Numbered from the stretch's first letter, positions 29,799 to 38,608 are shown. The stretch: DNA of 64,000 nt from Candidatus Caldarchaeum sp. (GCA_038885755.1 JAVZZH010000001.1:453410-517409), one strand, 5' to 3'. The notes: generated by a model not told the origin, from the letters alone. Numbers and translations are program-made.

Positions 29799-30912
29799 CT
29801 GCTAGGACAGGATGCGATAGAAGCTTCCTGGCCACACGGCCTAGGTCAAGACCGTTGGCGAGGTCGAGGATGTCGTCTGCCTGAAAGATCCTAGCTAGAG
29901 TGTCCAAGTCCTCGTCCGAGAGCTTCTCAACAGCCCTCATGGCCTTGAGGCTTTTGTTGATCCTGGTCAGCCAGTTTTCATACAGCTTGTAGAATTGCGA
30001 GAGCCGTTGCTTGGAAACATCCCCTTCTTTCACGGCTTCAGCCGCGACACGGCCTGCGGCGAGACCCGCTGAGACCGATGAATGAATTCCAGCCCCTGTG
30101 AGCGGTATGACGTGGCCTGCTGCGTCGCCGACGAGCATGGCTCCGTCGAAAACGCTGTCCGAGATCACGCCGCCGATGGGCACGGGTGCTCCCCTGTAGT
30201 CGATTATCCTGCCGCCGCCCAGCTCTTCGCTAAACTTTTTGACGAAAGCGTCGAGATACTCTTTCGCCACCCCACCCCTGACGCCTATCCCGACCTCAGC
30301 CAGTTTCTCGCTCCGCGGGAATATCCATGCGTAGCCTCCGGGGGCCAGTTTGTTCCCTAGGTAGAAGCGCACGGCATCGGGGTGTCGAAGCCTGCAGTTG
30401 GCCATGATGTACTGCACCGTGGGTATGGGCTCGGGCCTTTCAACCACTCCAAGACTCCTAGCTACGGTCGAGTTGTAGCCGTCGGCTCCGATCACAACCT
30501 TAGCCCTGTAAGTGCCCCGGTTAGTCTTGACAACCATGGTGGAGTCCTCCCTCTTGACTCCCGAAACCTCCTCCCTCACATGGATGTCGGCGCCGAACTC
30601 AGCTGCCTGAGCAGCTATCTCCTGAATGAACAGAGACTTGTTGATGTTGTAGCCTATCTGGGGAATCTTCACCTCGATCAGGCTTGGCGAGTACACCAAG
30701 GCGTAGGCTTCGTGCATGACGATGCGTGGAGAAGGTTTGACTCCAGCGGTGGCCAGAGTCTCCTTGCTCACAGCCTCGCCGCAAGGCTTGTTAGCCATAA
30801 TCGTCGGATACTTCTCGAGCAGAAGAACGTCGACATCCCCGGCGGCAGCAGCCTTGGCGGCGGAGACACCAGCCGGGCCGCCGCCGACGACTATGACGTC
30901 GTGCTCCTCCAT
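29773..30912 (-). CDS. Geranylgeranyl reductase family FAD-dependent oxidoreductase
   Basis: DVIVVGGGPAGVSAAKAAA, KPCGEA and GDAAGHVIPLTGAGI. Confidence 0.8.
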   Translation of the reverse strand: MEEHDVIVVGGGPAGVSAAKAAAAGDVDVLLLEKYPTIMANKPCGEAVSKETLATAGVKPSPRIVMHEAYALVYSPSLIEVKIPQIGYNINKSLFIQEIAAQAAEFGADIHVREEVSGVKREDSTMVVKTNRGTYRAKVVIGADGYNSTVARSLGVVERPEPIPTVQYIMANCRLRHPDAVRFYLGNKLAPGGYAWIFPRSEKLAEVGIGVRGGVAKEYLDAFVKKFSEELGGGRIIDYRGAPVPIGGVISDSVFDGAMLVGDAAGHVIPLTGAGIHSSVSAGLAAGRVAAEAVKEGDVSKQRLSQFYKLYENWLTRINKSLKAMRAVEKLSDEDLDTLARIFQADDILDLANGLDLGRVARKLLSHPVLAVKLARQLL

Positions 30913-30984
30913 GCCTGCATCCGGATGACCAAGTTATTTAAAGATTGTCTGATGACGCCGCAGCATCGGGAGCAGACGACGATG

Positions 30985-30990
30985 TTTATA
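30985..30990 (+). promoter_or_regulatory. TATA box upstream of rps4
   Basis: TTTATA centred about 30 nt upstream of the ATG at 31018. Confidence 0.4.
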
Positions 30991-31017
30991 TCATGGTTGT
31001 GCCGGGTTTGTTGAAGA

Positions 31018-31515
31018 ATGGGAGACCCCAAGAGGATCAGGAAGAAGTACGAAACTCCGGGGCATCCTTGGAGGAAGGAGAGGATTGACGAGGAGCTTAA
31101 GCTGATGGGCGATTACGGTCTGAGGAACAAGAGGGAGATTTGGCGTGCTTCCAGCCAGCTGAGAAAATACCGCTCCATGGCTAGGTCGCTCTACACAGCC
31201 GTCGGGCAGCGGAGGGTTGAGGAGGAGGCTAAGCTCATGGGGAGGCTCTACAGGATTGGTCTTCTTCCCCAGCAAGCCACTCTCGACGACGTCCTCCGTC
31301 TAAGCGTCAGAGACCTGCTCGAGAGAAGGCTGCAGACGATGGTGTACAGGCTCGGCCTGGCGAAGACCGTCCACCATGCTAGGCAGCTCATATCCCACGG
31401 CAAAGTATTCGTAGGAGAGCGAAAAGTTAAGGCACCTAGCTACCTAGTCCTTCGCGGTGAGGAGGAGTCGATCAAGCTTGCCACACCAGCCACTCCCCAA
31501 GCTTCGGGTGATTGA
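31018..31515 (+). CDS. rps4: 30S ribosomal protein S4 (uS4)
   Basis: [19 protein letters not shown]-terminus and an S4 RNA-binding domain. Confidence 0.9.
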   Translation: MGDPKRIRKKYETPGHPWRKERIDEELKLMGDYGLRNKREIWRASSQLRKYRSMARSLYTAVGQRRVEEEAKLMGRLYRIGLLPQQATLDDVLRLSVRDLLERRLQTMVYRLGLAKTVHHARQLISHGKVFVGERKVKAPSYLVLRGEEESIKLATPATPQASGD

Positions 31516-31943
31516 CCGTGGAAGAATCTGAGCAAAAACAGCCTTCTGAGCAGAGGAGCCAACTCCGGTGGGGGGTGGTCCACATCTACTCTTCATACAA
31601 CAACATCATCGTCCACCTGACCGACTTGACTGGCGGCGAGACGATAGCGAGGGCCTCTGGGGGGATGTTCGTCGACGCCGGCAGGCTTGAGCCTACCCCC
31701 TATGCTGGGATGAGGGCTGCGACGTTTGTAATGGAACAGGCGAAGGCAGCTGGAATCAACGCGGTCCACATCCTCGTAAGAGCACCTGGAGGCGTCAAGT
31801 CTAGGACTCCGGGGCCGGCGACTCAGGCAGCCATTAGAACTATAGCGAGGTCGGGTGTTGCGATAGGCCGTATTGAAGACGTCACACCCATACCGCATGA
31901 CAGCGTGAGGAAGAAGGGCGGTAGACGAGGAAGAAGAGTGTAG
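31512..31943 (+). CDS. rps11: 30S ribosomal protein S11 (uS11)
   Basis: [22 protein letters not shown]...; 4-nt overlap with rps4. Confidence 0.9.
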   Translation: MTVEESEQKQPSEQRSQLRWGVVHIYSSYNNIIVHLTDLTGGETIARASGGMFVDAGRLEPTPYAGMRAATFVMEQAKAAGINAVHILVRAPGGVKSRTPGPATQAAIRTIARSGVAIGRIEDVTPIPHDSVRKKGGRRGRRV

Positions 31944-31991
31944 TATAGGCGTGTTTATTTACTTCGGCCGGGTTATTGCCTCGGTGGTTGT

Positions 31992-32450
31992 TTGAGCATT
32001 CGGCAAGTTGACGTCTCGGGAAAGCCTGCGGTGAGGCGTGAGGCATGGGCCGTCGGCAGGATAAAGCTCAGGCCTGAAACCGTCAACCGGATCAGGCAGT
32101 CGTCTACCGAGAAGGGCGACGCACTGCAGCTGGCTCGTGTTGGGGCAGTTGTAGGGGCTAAGCAGACTCCTGTTTTACTGCCTCTATGCCATCCTTTGAA
32201 GCTGGAGCACGTGGAGGTCTCGGAGAGGGTTGGCGAGGATTTTGTGGAGGTTGCTGTGAAGGTCGTGGCGCATGAGAAGACAGGCGTTGAGATGGAGGCT
32301 CTCACAGCCGTGGCGGCGGCTCTCCTCAACATATGGGATGTTGTCAAGCAGTATGAGAAGGATGCTGAGGGCCAGTATCCGACCACAGAAATATACGGAG
32401 TCCGAGTCGTCTCCAAGGTGAAGTCTGTTGAAGCCCCATCAACACCATAG
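31992..32450 (+). CDS. moaC: Cyclic pyranopterin monophosphate synthase accessory protein MoaC
   Basis: VDVSGKP..R.A, KGDALQLARVGAVVGAKQT and LPLCHPL. Confidence 0.85.
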   Translation: MSIRQVDVSGKPAVRREAWAVGRIKLRPETVNRIRQSSTEKGDALQLARVGAVVGAKQTPVLLPLCHPLKLEHVEVSERVGEDFVEVAVKVVAHEKTGVEMEALTAVAAALLNIWDVVKQYEKDAEGQYPTTEIYGVRVVSKVKSVEAPSTP

Positions 32451-32955
32451 GAGGAGCAGCCCTGAAAAACTCAGAATAGCCGTCCTTACAGCCAGCAGCT
32501 CGAGATACTACAAGAAAGTCGGCGGAGAACCTTACACAGACGAGTCGGGCATGAAGGCGGTCGAGAAGCTGTCTAAGCTGGGGCATGAAGTCGAGTACTT
32601 GGGTGTTGTCAACGACGATGTCTGGATGATCCGCACAGCAGTCGTCAAGGCCTTGGATGAACCATTTGACGCAGTCGTGATAACCGGGGGGACGGGTGTT
32701 TCCCCTAGAGATGTAACCGTGGAGGCGGTCAGGCCTCTGCTCGACAAGGAGCTGGAGGGCTGGGGTGAGATTTTCAGGACCGAGAGCTTCAAGGTCGTCG
32801 GAGCAGCGGCAGCCCTGTCAAGGACTTTAGCCGGAGTAGCTAGGGGCAAGCTTGTGATGGCTCTGCCCGGGTCTCCCGAGGCCGTTGAGTTGGCGCTGGA
32901 GCTGTTCGGCAGCGAGATGCCGCACGTGGTTCACATAGCTAGGGGAGGATCCTGA
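32428..32955 (+). CDS. moaB: Molybdenum cofactor biosynthesis protein MoaB/Mog family
   Basis: ITGGTGVSPRDVT and ALPGSPEAV. Confidence 0.8.
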   Translation: MKPHQHHRRSSPEKLRIAVLTASSSRYYKKVGGEPYTDESGMKAVEKLSKLGHEVEYLGVVNDDVWMIRTAVVKALDEPFDAVVITGGTGVSPRDVTVEAVRPLLDKELEGWGEIFRTESFKVVGAAAALSRTLAGVARGKLVMALPGSPEAVELALELFGSEMPHVVHIARGGS

Positions 32956-33731
32956 TGAGGATAGTCGTGCTAGGGTCCGGCAGCATAGTTCCTTCGCCTG
33001 AAAGATTTGGAAGCGGGCTTCTTGTCGAGACAGAGTCGCTGAGGATAGGGGTTGACCCGGGGCCGGGATACTTGGAGAAGCTGAGACGCCTCCGCGTCTC
33101 CCCGAAAAGCCTCAAAGCCTACTTCATCACCCACTTCCACCTAGACCATGTAGCCGACCTCCCTCCCATCTTAATGCTGTGGGCCTACGAGCTGGACGGA
33201 AAGCCCAGCACCTCACCCGAAAAACTAAACCTCGTCGGGCCGAAGGGCCTCACCCAACTCGTGCACGTCATCGCCGAACAGGCTTTCCCGTACTTAAGCA
33301 GAACCATGGGCTGCACGAGATACACGGCAACAGCCGAGCTGAGGGATGGCGGGGTGTGGGAGGCCGATGGATTCAGAGCGGTTGCGGCGGAGGTCGAGCA
33401 CTTTGAAGGGCTGGCCTACCGTTTCGAGGCGGAGCATCGCTCCGTGGTGTTCTCCGGCGACACCACGCCGGACGAAAGGCTTGTTAAACTGGCCAGGGGA
33501 TGCGACGTCCTTATCCATGAATGCAGCTTCCCCGAGGAGGTAATGTTCGGCAAGCACACCTCCGAGAAACAGCTGGCCAAGCTCGTCAAGACGATAAGGC
33601 CTAAAACAATCGTGGCGACGCATCTATACCCTGCGTGGGAGGGGGGTGAGAAACGCCTCGAGAACGCTCTCGAGGGATGTGGAGCAGAAAACATCGTGAT
33701 AGCTAGGGACATGACCGTCATAGAGATATAA
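32955..33731 (+). CDS. MBL-fold metallo-hydrolase (RNase Z/BN-like)
   Basis: HFHLDHVADL motif; the start overlaps the moaB stop. Confidence 0.7.
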   Translation: MRIVVLGSGSIVPSPERFGSGLLVETESLRIGVDPGPGYLEKLRRLRVSPKSLKAYFITHFHLDHVADLPPILMLWAYELDGKPSTSPEKLNLVGPKGLTQLVHVIAEQAFPYLSRTMGCTRYTATAELRDGGVWEADGFRAVAAEVEHFEGLAYRFEAEHRSVVFSGDTTPDERLVKLARGCDVLIHECSFPEEVMFGKHTSEKQLAKLVKTIRPKTIVATHLYPAWEGGEKRLENALEGCGAENIVIARDMTVIEI

Positions 33732-33754
33732 AGAAGGCTAAACCACCACCATCG

Positions 33755-34273
33755 ATGATACTGTCCGACTTCGACCTGTGGAACTACATCAGGAGCGGCA
33801 GGATCAGGATCCAGCCTTTCGACGAAGACGTGGTGAGGGAGAACGGGCTCGACCTCAGGATAGGGCGTCAAGTCGCCCGGTTCAACAAAAACAACCAAGT
33901 CTTCGACACGAGAAACTCGTCTGCCGAAGACTTCTACCACTTCGAGGAAGGCGACTCTTTCGTCGTAAACCCCAAAGAGCACGTCCTCCTCCACACGCTA
34001 GAATACCTAGCTCTTCCCAAGGACCTGATGGGGTTCGTCAACCTCCGCAGCAGCTACGCAAGGATAGGATTGACTATTCCCCCGACAATAATAGACGCAA
34101 ACTTCGAGGGAGAGCTCACCATCGAGCTGGTTGGCGGAGACTTCCCCGTACGACTGTACAGCGGAGACAGGTTCCTGCACGTCGTCTTCGCAAGGCTTTC
34201 GTCCATCGTCGAGAAACCCTACACCGGCAAGTACCAAGGACAGAGGGGTGTGAGGCTGCCCAGCTTCAGATGA
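33755..34273 (+). CDS. dcd: dCTP deaminase family (possibly dUMP-forming)
   Basis: MILSDFDLWNYI..G.I.I.P and NGLDLRIG; 172 aa. Confidence 0.8.
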   Translation: MILSDFDLWNYIRSGRIRIQPFDEDVVRENGLDLRIGRQVARFNKNNQVFDTRNSSAEDFYHFEEGDSFVVNPKEHVLLHTLEYLALPKDLMGFVNLRSSYARIGLTIPPTIIDANFEGELTIELVGGDFPVRLYSGDRFLHVVFARLSSIVEKPYTGKYQGQRGVRLPSFR

Positions 34274-34550
34274 CCCCTCCGGCTATGGGGGGAAGTATCA
34301 CCACCACGTCTCCCTCCCTCAGGGGTGTTGTTTTCCAGCGTAAACGCTCCAAGGTTTCGCCGTTGACGGCCAGAGCGCATCCGGGTCTGAGGGAGGAGCC
34401 TTCGAAGACTTCCTTCAGCTTGTCGCCGTACAGCCGCCTCACTAGCTGGATGAAGTCCTCGACAGTCGAGCCCTCGTCCATGTCGAAGACTTCAGAGTCC
34501 CGTCCCAGCCTTTCCCGGATGAATGCGAAGTATTTTGTTGAGACCCTCAT
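34266..34550 (-). CDS. moaD: MoaD/ThiS-family small sulfur carrier
   Basis: MRVSTKYFAFIRERLG start, chosen because its ATG forms an ATGA overlap with the moaE stop. C-terminus is VVILPPIAGGVI, so GG is followed by two residues. The track ORF extends to 34565. Confidence 0.75.
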   Translation of the reverse strand: MRVSTKYFAFIRERLGRDSEVFDMDEGSTVEDFIQLVRRLYGDKLKEVFEGSSLRPGCALAVNGETLERLRWKTTPLREGDVVVILPPIAGGVI

Positions 34551-35032
34551 GCTCCCTCGATCCATGAAGAGCTACCGTCGACGTAGACTTCTTTCTTGAA
34601 GAGGGCTGGCTCTCTCTTGTAGCGTTCGACAGCCCTCCTAAGACCGGTGAAGACCTCCTCCCTGCTTTCTCCAGCCGCCGCAACCAGAACCACAGGCTCC
34701 CCTAGCCTGAACTCGCCGACCAGATGCCAGACTCCAACGAAAACCAAGCCATACTCGGCTTTCACCTCCTCGCATATCCTGTTTAACGCTTTGTCCGCAT
34801 GCTCCCTATAGGATTCCATGTGAAGCGTCTCGACCTCGACAGACCCACGCCCCCGTTTCTTGACAACGCCCACGAAGAAAGCGCACGCACCACAGGAGCC
34901 GTCGGACACAAGTCTCAGAACAGCGCTCATCAACGACCCTAAATCAAGCTCATCCTTCAGATAGACCCCCGCCCTCGGAACCTTCATCTCCCACAACGAG
35001 TTTGATCTGTTTAATTTGCTTTTCGTGGCCAA
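34547..35032 (-). CDS. moaE: Molybdopterin synthase catalytic subunit MoaE
   Basis: GACAFFVGVVKK...VETLHMESY...VGVWHLVGEFRLGEPVVLVAAA. The ATG at 34987 (MKVPRAG) is a plausible alternative start. Confidence 0.75.
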   Translation of the reverse strand: MATKSKLNRSNSLWEMKVPRAGVYLKDELDLGSLMSAVLRLVSDGSCGACAFFVGVVKKRGRGSVEVETLHMESYREHADKALNRICEEVKAEYGLVFVGVWHLVGEFRLGEPVVLVAAAGESREEVFTGLRRAVERYKREPALFKKEVYVDGSSSWIEGA

Positions 35033-35068
35033 TTTTTACACACGCCTGCTTTGGCGTATGTCGACGTA

Positions 35069-35117
35069 TTTTTGCGGTAAAAAAAATAGTTGCACGACAA
35101 AAAATGGTGATTTTTTT
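35069..35117. promoter_or_regulatory. Phased A/T tracts in the divergent moaE / decarboxylase promoter region
   Basis: T5 (35069-35073), A8 (35079-35086), A6 (35099-35104) and T7 (35111-35117), each flanked by CGAC/GACG. Confidence 0.25.
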
Positions 35118-35144
35118 GACGACGCGTGAAAGTGGATAAAATGA

Positions 35145-35151
35145 TTTATAT
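35145..35151 (+). promoter_or_regulatory. TATA box for the pyruvoyl decarboxylase gene
   Basis: TTTATAT lies 43 nt upstream of the ATG at 35194, with a GAGGT about 14 nt before that ATG. It is too close to the track start at 35155. Confidence 0.4.
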
Positions 35152-35193
35152 GTCATGATTTTGTGCACTTTTTCGAGGTTCGTAGAAAAGAAA

Positions 35194-35571
35194 ATGCTCC
35201 AGAGTAGAACGGTGCATAAGCAGATCGTCGGTAAGCACGTCTTCGGAAACCTTTATGGATGTCCCGAGGAAGTGCTTGGAGACCAGAAGCTCGTGCGGCA
35301 GGTTGTGCTGGATGCTGTGAACTTGTCGAAGATGACGTTGGTGTCCTTAAGGTCTTGGAGGTTTGGAGGCGAGAAGGGTGGAGTGTCCGTGATAGCTCTG
35401 GTTAAGGAGAGCCACATAGCCGTCCACACTTGGAAGCAATACAGGTACGCGACCGTAGACATCTACACCTGCGGAGAACACAGCGACCCCGATAAAGGGT
35501 TTGAATACGTCGTCAGCAGGCTTCGTCCAGAAAAAGTTGTCAAGCACGTCGCTGACAGGTCTTCCGAGTAA
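35194..35571 (+). CDS. Pyruvoyl-dependent decarboxylase proenzyme, AdoMetDC (SpeH) family
   Basis: GKHVFGNLYGC and self-cleavage site LVKE-SHIAVHTW, then VDIYTCGE. Start moved to 35194 (125 aa). AdoMet versus arginine specificity is not decidable. Confidence 0.75.
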   Translation: MLQSRTVHKQIVGKHVFGNLYGCPEEVLGDQKLVRQVVLDAVNLSKMTLVSLRSWRFGGEKGGVSVIALVKESHIAVHTWKQYRYATVDIYTCGEHSDPDKGFEYVVSRLRPEKVVKHVADRSSE

Positions 35572-35594
35572 ACCTTTTAACTTATAACTCGTTG

Positions 35595-35614
35595 TTTTGG
35601 TTTTTCCATTTTTT
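35595..35614 (+). terminator. Oligo-T termination signals after the decarboxylase gene
   Basis: T4 (35595-35598), T5 (35601-35605) and T6 (35609-35614) within 45 nt of the stop. Confidence 0.4.
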
Positions 35615-35876
35615 CTCCCTGTTCTATTTATCGAACAGTTCACCCTACGGAGTAACCGACGAAACGCAACAGCCGTTGAGCTATCAATCCATCTGTCCGA
35701 TACCTCCCCCGATTAGTTTAACTCGACGGGGTTTAGCCTTCCGAATAGGAGTAAGGCCCCGGCCTAAGGGCATGGACAAGCGTCTAATTCAAAACCCCTT
35801 GAGTTGCTGCGGGCTGGTTATCGCAACGGAGATTTTATTGCGGTCTGCGTTGTGTTGAGCGTCGGTCATATAAATT

Positions 35877-35892
35877 GTTCGATTTTTCGAAC
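35877..35892. other. Perfect hairpin/palindrome GTTCGA-TTTT-TCGAAC
   Basis: Read directly from the sequence. Its left arm can also pair with TCGAACAG at 35631-35638. Confidence 0.3.
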
Positions 35893-35952
35893 ACAACCAG
35901 CACGTCCGCACAAGAGTTAAAAGTTAAAAGGTAAAACATCAACGATAAACAC

Positions 35953-36249
35953 ATGAAAAAGAGGCAGGAGCCTGTGGACGAGAAAATACTCAAGGCCGCC
36001 GTCAAACAAGCCCTCAAGCAGCCGAGGCTAGCTTTCTACTCGCCCCTAGCAAGCGGAATCTTGAACTACAGGAAAAGCGTAATACCGCGCTACAGCATAA
36101 GCGACGAACTGGCCACCATAGTTGAGTCAGCCCTGAACGAGAAATACCCAGCTCTCACCGCCAAGGCGAAGAGGATGCTGTCGAAGGCGAGGAGGTCTAG
36201 CCGACAGGCTTCCGCCAGACAACCCGGCAAAGAGGCTCCGACCGCGTAA
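35953..36249 (+). CDS. Small basic hypothetical protein
   Basis: 98 aa with coding-like GC3 and a K/R-rich C-terminus. The 3' end overlaps the convergent PfkB gene by 53 nt. Confidence 0.4.
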   Translation: MKKRQEPVDEKILKAAVKQALKQPRLAFYSPLASGILNYRKSVIPRYSISDELATIVESALNEKYPALTAKAKRMLSKARRSSRQASARQPGKEAPTA

Positions 36250-37081
36250 TCCTCTGAGGAACCCTGAAAGGTGGAGGATGGTTCAGCGACTGCCTCACCA
36301 ACTCCAGAGCCCGGACCGCTGATTCTTCGGTCGTAAAGCCTTGACAGGCGAGAGCGGTGAAAGCCCCGGTCAGAATGTCTCCCGCACCCGTAGTGTCCTC
36401 GACGCTTTGGGGGGCGACAGGCTGGATGAAAATAACGCTGCCTCCGTCCATCACGTAGAGGCCGTTCTCAACTCCCACCAAGCATTTTTCAACGCCGAGC
36501 CGGCTCATGTACCTGAGCGCCTCGTAGGGATTGTTTTTCATGGATACGGCCAGAGCTTCTTCCTCCGAACAGTGGACAACTTCAGCATGCTTCAGTATTC
36601 TGTTGTCTTTGAGCGGCTTCAGGTATATTTCACCGACATCGCCCGTCTCTCTCACAAACCCTTGAAGGTCTACGGTAAGATGTCCTGCACGCCTCCTGAC
36701 AATCTCAAGATGCTCTAGCTCAAGCTCTCTGAAGACAGGAGAGAGTATGACGGCGTCGGCGTCCACCTCCTCCAGCTGCTCCAGAGATATTCTAGGGCCC
36801 AAGGAAACTAGCTTCAACCTTCTTCCTTTCTCCGTGAACACCGGCTTAAAGGAATAGGTCCTCGCTCCCTCCACCGTGCGGACGCCCGACGTATCCAGCC
36901 CAGCCTCGACAATCTTTTCGAGAAAGTGCTCTGGAAAGTCTTCGCCGACCGCCGAGATGAGGGAGACCTTGGCTCCGCACGTGTTTGCTGCGAGGCCTGC
37001 GTACCACGGAGGGCCGCCGACGACGGGCTTGCTTCCTATCAAGTCTACGGTCAGTGCGCCGACGACGGATAGTTTCATCAA
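36197..37081 (-). CDS. PfkB-family carbohydrate/nucleoside kinase
   Basis: C-terminal signature DTTGAGDILTGAF and an N-terminal GG motif (VVGGPP). Confidence 0.8.
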   Translation of the reverse strand: MMKLSVVGALTVDLIGSKPVVGGPPWYAGLAANTCGAKVSLISAVGEDFPEHFLEKIVEAGLDTSGVRTVEGARTYSFKPVFTEKGRRLKLVSLGPRISLEQLEEVDADAVILSPVFRELELEHLEIVRRRAGHLTVDLQGFVRETGDVGEIYLKPLKDNRILKHAEVVHCSEEEALAVSMKNNPYEALRYMSRLGVEKCLVGVENGLYVMDGGSVIFIQPVAPQSVEDTTGAGDILTGAFTALACQGFTTEESAVRALELVRQSLNHPPPFRVPQRITRSEPLCRVVWRKPVG

Positions 37082-37134
37082 TTTAGGTGTTGATGGAAAG
37101 ATTTAAGGGATGGGTTTAACTTGGCTGTTGAGGA

Positions 37135-38139
37135 TTGGCTCAGACGATTCCGCTGAAAGAAATCGGAAAGCCTGTGAGGAAGGAGGTCAAGCTTGTCCAG
37201 AAATTTGAGCAGGCCGGCTACAGAGTCGTCGGCAGGCATTCAGCGGTTAAAGTCTGCCACTGGACCAAGTCAGCCCTCAAGGGTGGTAAGCTCTGCTACA
37301 AAAGCTGGTACGGCATAGACAGCCATAGATGCATCCAGATGACTCCTTCTGTTCAGTACTGCAACATGATGTGCGTCTTCTGCTGGCGCTTCCACACTCT
37401 GAACAGGGTTCAGCCCTTCGACGGAGAATGGGACGACCCCCGCCAGATCCTCGACAAGGTGGTCGAGGAACACCGGCAGCTTCTCTCAGGCTTCGGAGGA
37501 AATCCTAAAGTCTCTAGGGAGAGGTTCGAGGAAGCTATGGAGCCTAAGCACATAGCTATATCGCTGGACGGTGAGCCCACCATCTATCCATACATCGCTG
37601 AGTTGGTCGCGGAAGCGACGCGTCGGGGCATGACGACGTTCTTGGTCAGCAACGGCACGATGCCGGAAAGGCTTGAGGAGCTTCTTGAGAAGGCTCAGCC
37701 TACCTCCCTGTACATTAGCCTGTATGGGCCCGACAAGGAGACTCATTTCAGGGCTAGCAAGCCCTTGATTCCGGACAGCTGGGAGAGGCTGCTTAAGTCT
37801 CTTGAGTTGATGAGCAGGTTTTCGTGCAGGAAGGTCATAAGGCTGACGCTCGTCAAGGATGTGAACATGCATTCGCCTGAAAAATACTCCGAGCTTATCA
37901 AGACGGCTTCCCCCGACTTCGTCGAGTGCAAGGGCTACACGCATGTGGGAGAGTCGCAGAAACGTCTCAAGAGGGAGAACATGCCTTCTATGGAGGAGTT
38001 GAGGTTGTTCGCCGACGAGCTGGGACGGCTTTTAGCCTACTCCAAGGCTGTTGAGGATGATGTCAGCAGGGTTGTGTTGCTGGCGAACACTTCCTCCAAT
38101 TACTACAAGCAGGTGGCTGAGAGGCTGGCTACCGCTTAG
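37135..38139 (+). CDS. taw1: tRNA 4-demethylwyosine synthase (Taw1/TYW1, radical SAM)
   Basis: HSAVKVCHWTK, SHRCIQMTP and radical-SAM cluster CNMMCVFCWR. Confidence 0.85.
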   Translation: MAQTIPLKEIGKPVRKEVKLVQKFEQAGYRVVGRHSAVKVCHWTKSALKGGKLCYKSWYGIDSHRCIQMTPSVQYCNMMCVFCWRFHTLNRVQPFDGEWDDPRQILDKVVEEHRQLLSGFGGNPKVSRERFEEAMEPKHIAISLDGEPTIYPYIAELVAEATRRGMTTFLVSNGTMPERLEELLEKAQPTSLYISLYGPDKETHFRASKPLIPDSWERLLKSLELMSRFSCRKVIRLTLVKDVNMHSPEKYSELIKTASPDFVECKGYTHVGESQKRLKRENMPSMEELRLFADELGRLLAYSKAVEDDVSRVVLLANTSSNYYKQVAERLATA

Positions 38140-38608
38140 CCTCCAAAAGCCTCTTATACGTCTGGTCTACCGTCTCCGGCAGAACCCTCGTGTTCGAAAG
38201 CGTTGTCATGAAGTTTGTGTCTCCTCTCCAGCGCGGCACGACGTGGAAATGGATGTGGTCCTCTATACCGGCGCCCGCATACTTGCCTATGTTAACCCCT
38301 ATGTTGAAGGCCTCCGGGTTCAAAGCTTTCCTGACCAGTGATACAGCCATCTTTAGAAGCCTCATGACGTCCAGCATCTCGCTATCATCCATCTCCAGTA
38401 TGCTTGGAATGTGCCGGTATGGGGAGACCATCAGATGACCGTTGTTGTATGGGTAGAGGTTCATGATGATCAGCGACTTTTCCCCGCGGTGAACCACGTA
38501 CTTTGAAGCGTCGTCGGATGTTTTGGCCGCCTCGCAGAAGATACATTCAGCCGTTTCCTTAGCGGTTTTTATGTAGCTCATCCTCCAAGGAGCCCAAAGC
38601 CTGTCCAA
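38129..38608 (-). CDS. HIT family nucleotide hydrolase/transferase
   Basis: MDRLWAPWRMSYI N-terminus and histidine triad HIHFHVVPR. Confidence 0.85.
   Translation of the reverse strand: MDRLWAPWRMSYIKTAKETAECIFCEAAKTSDDASKYVVHRGEKSLIIMNLYPYNNGHLMVSPYRHIPSILEMDDSEMLDVMRLLKMAVSLVRKALNPEAFNIGVNIGKYAGAGIEDHIHFHVVPRWRGDTNFMTTLSNTRVLPETVDQTYKRLLEAKR

Noticed and set aside
31018-31943. rps4-rps11 pair without the usual S13 upstream and rpoD downstream
   Set aside because: Gene-order fragmentation of this cluster occurs in archaea, and both genes look intact with their own TATA box. There is no sequence anomaly to follow up.
33778-34599. 273-aa Arg-rich ORF spanning dcd and the moaD region
   Set aside because: It is an out-of-frame reading of dcd and antisense to moaD. 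Extreme R/P/S content suggests a frame artefact, while dcd and moaD both have clear family signatures.
35572-35952. SRP (7S) RNA, RNase P RNA, tRNA, C/D box sRNA or oriC identity for the large gap
   Set aside because: I looked on both strands for the RNase P P4 strands (GAAAGUCC / ACAGAA..GGCUUA-like), the SRP helix-8 GGAA/AGCA context and Alu-domain UGUAAC. I also looked for a tRNA T-loop GTTCRANYC, RUGAUGA/CUGA boxes and ORB-like repeats. None is present convincingly, and no orc1/cdc6 gene is nearby. The region is kept only as an unassigned candidate.
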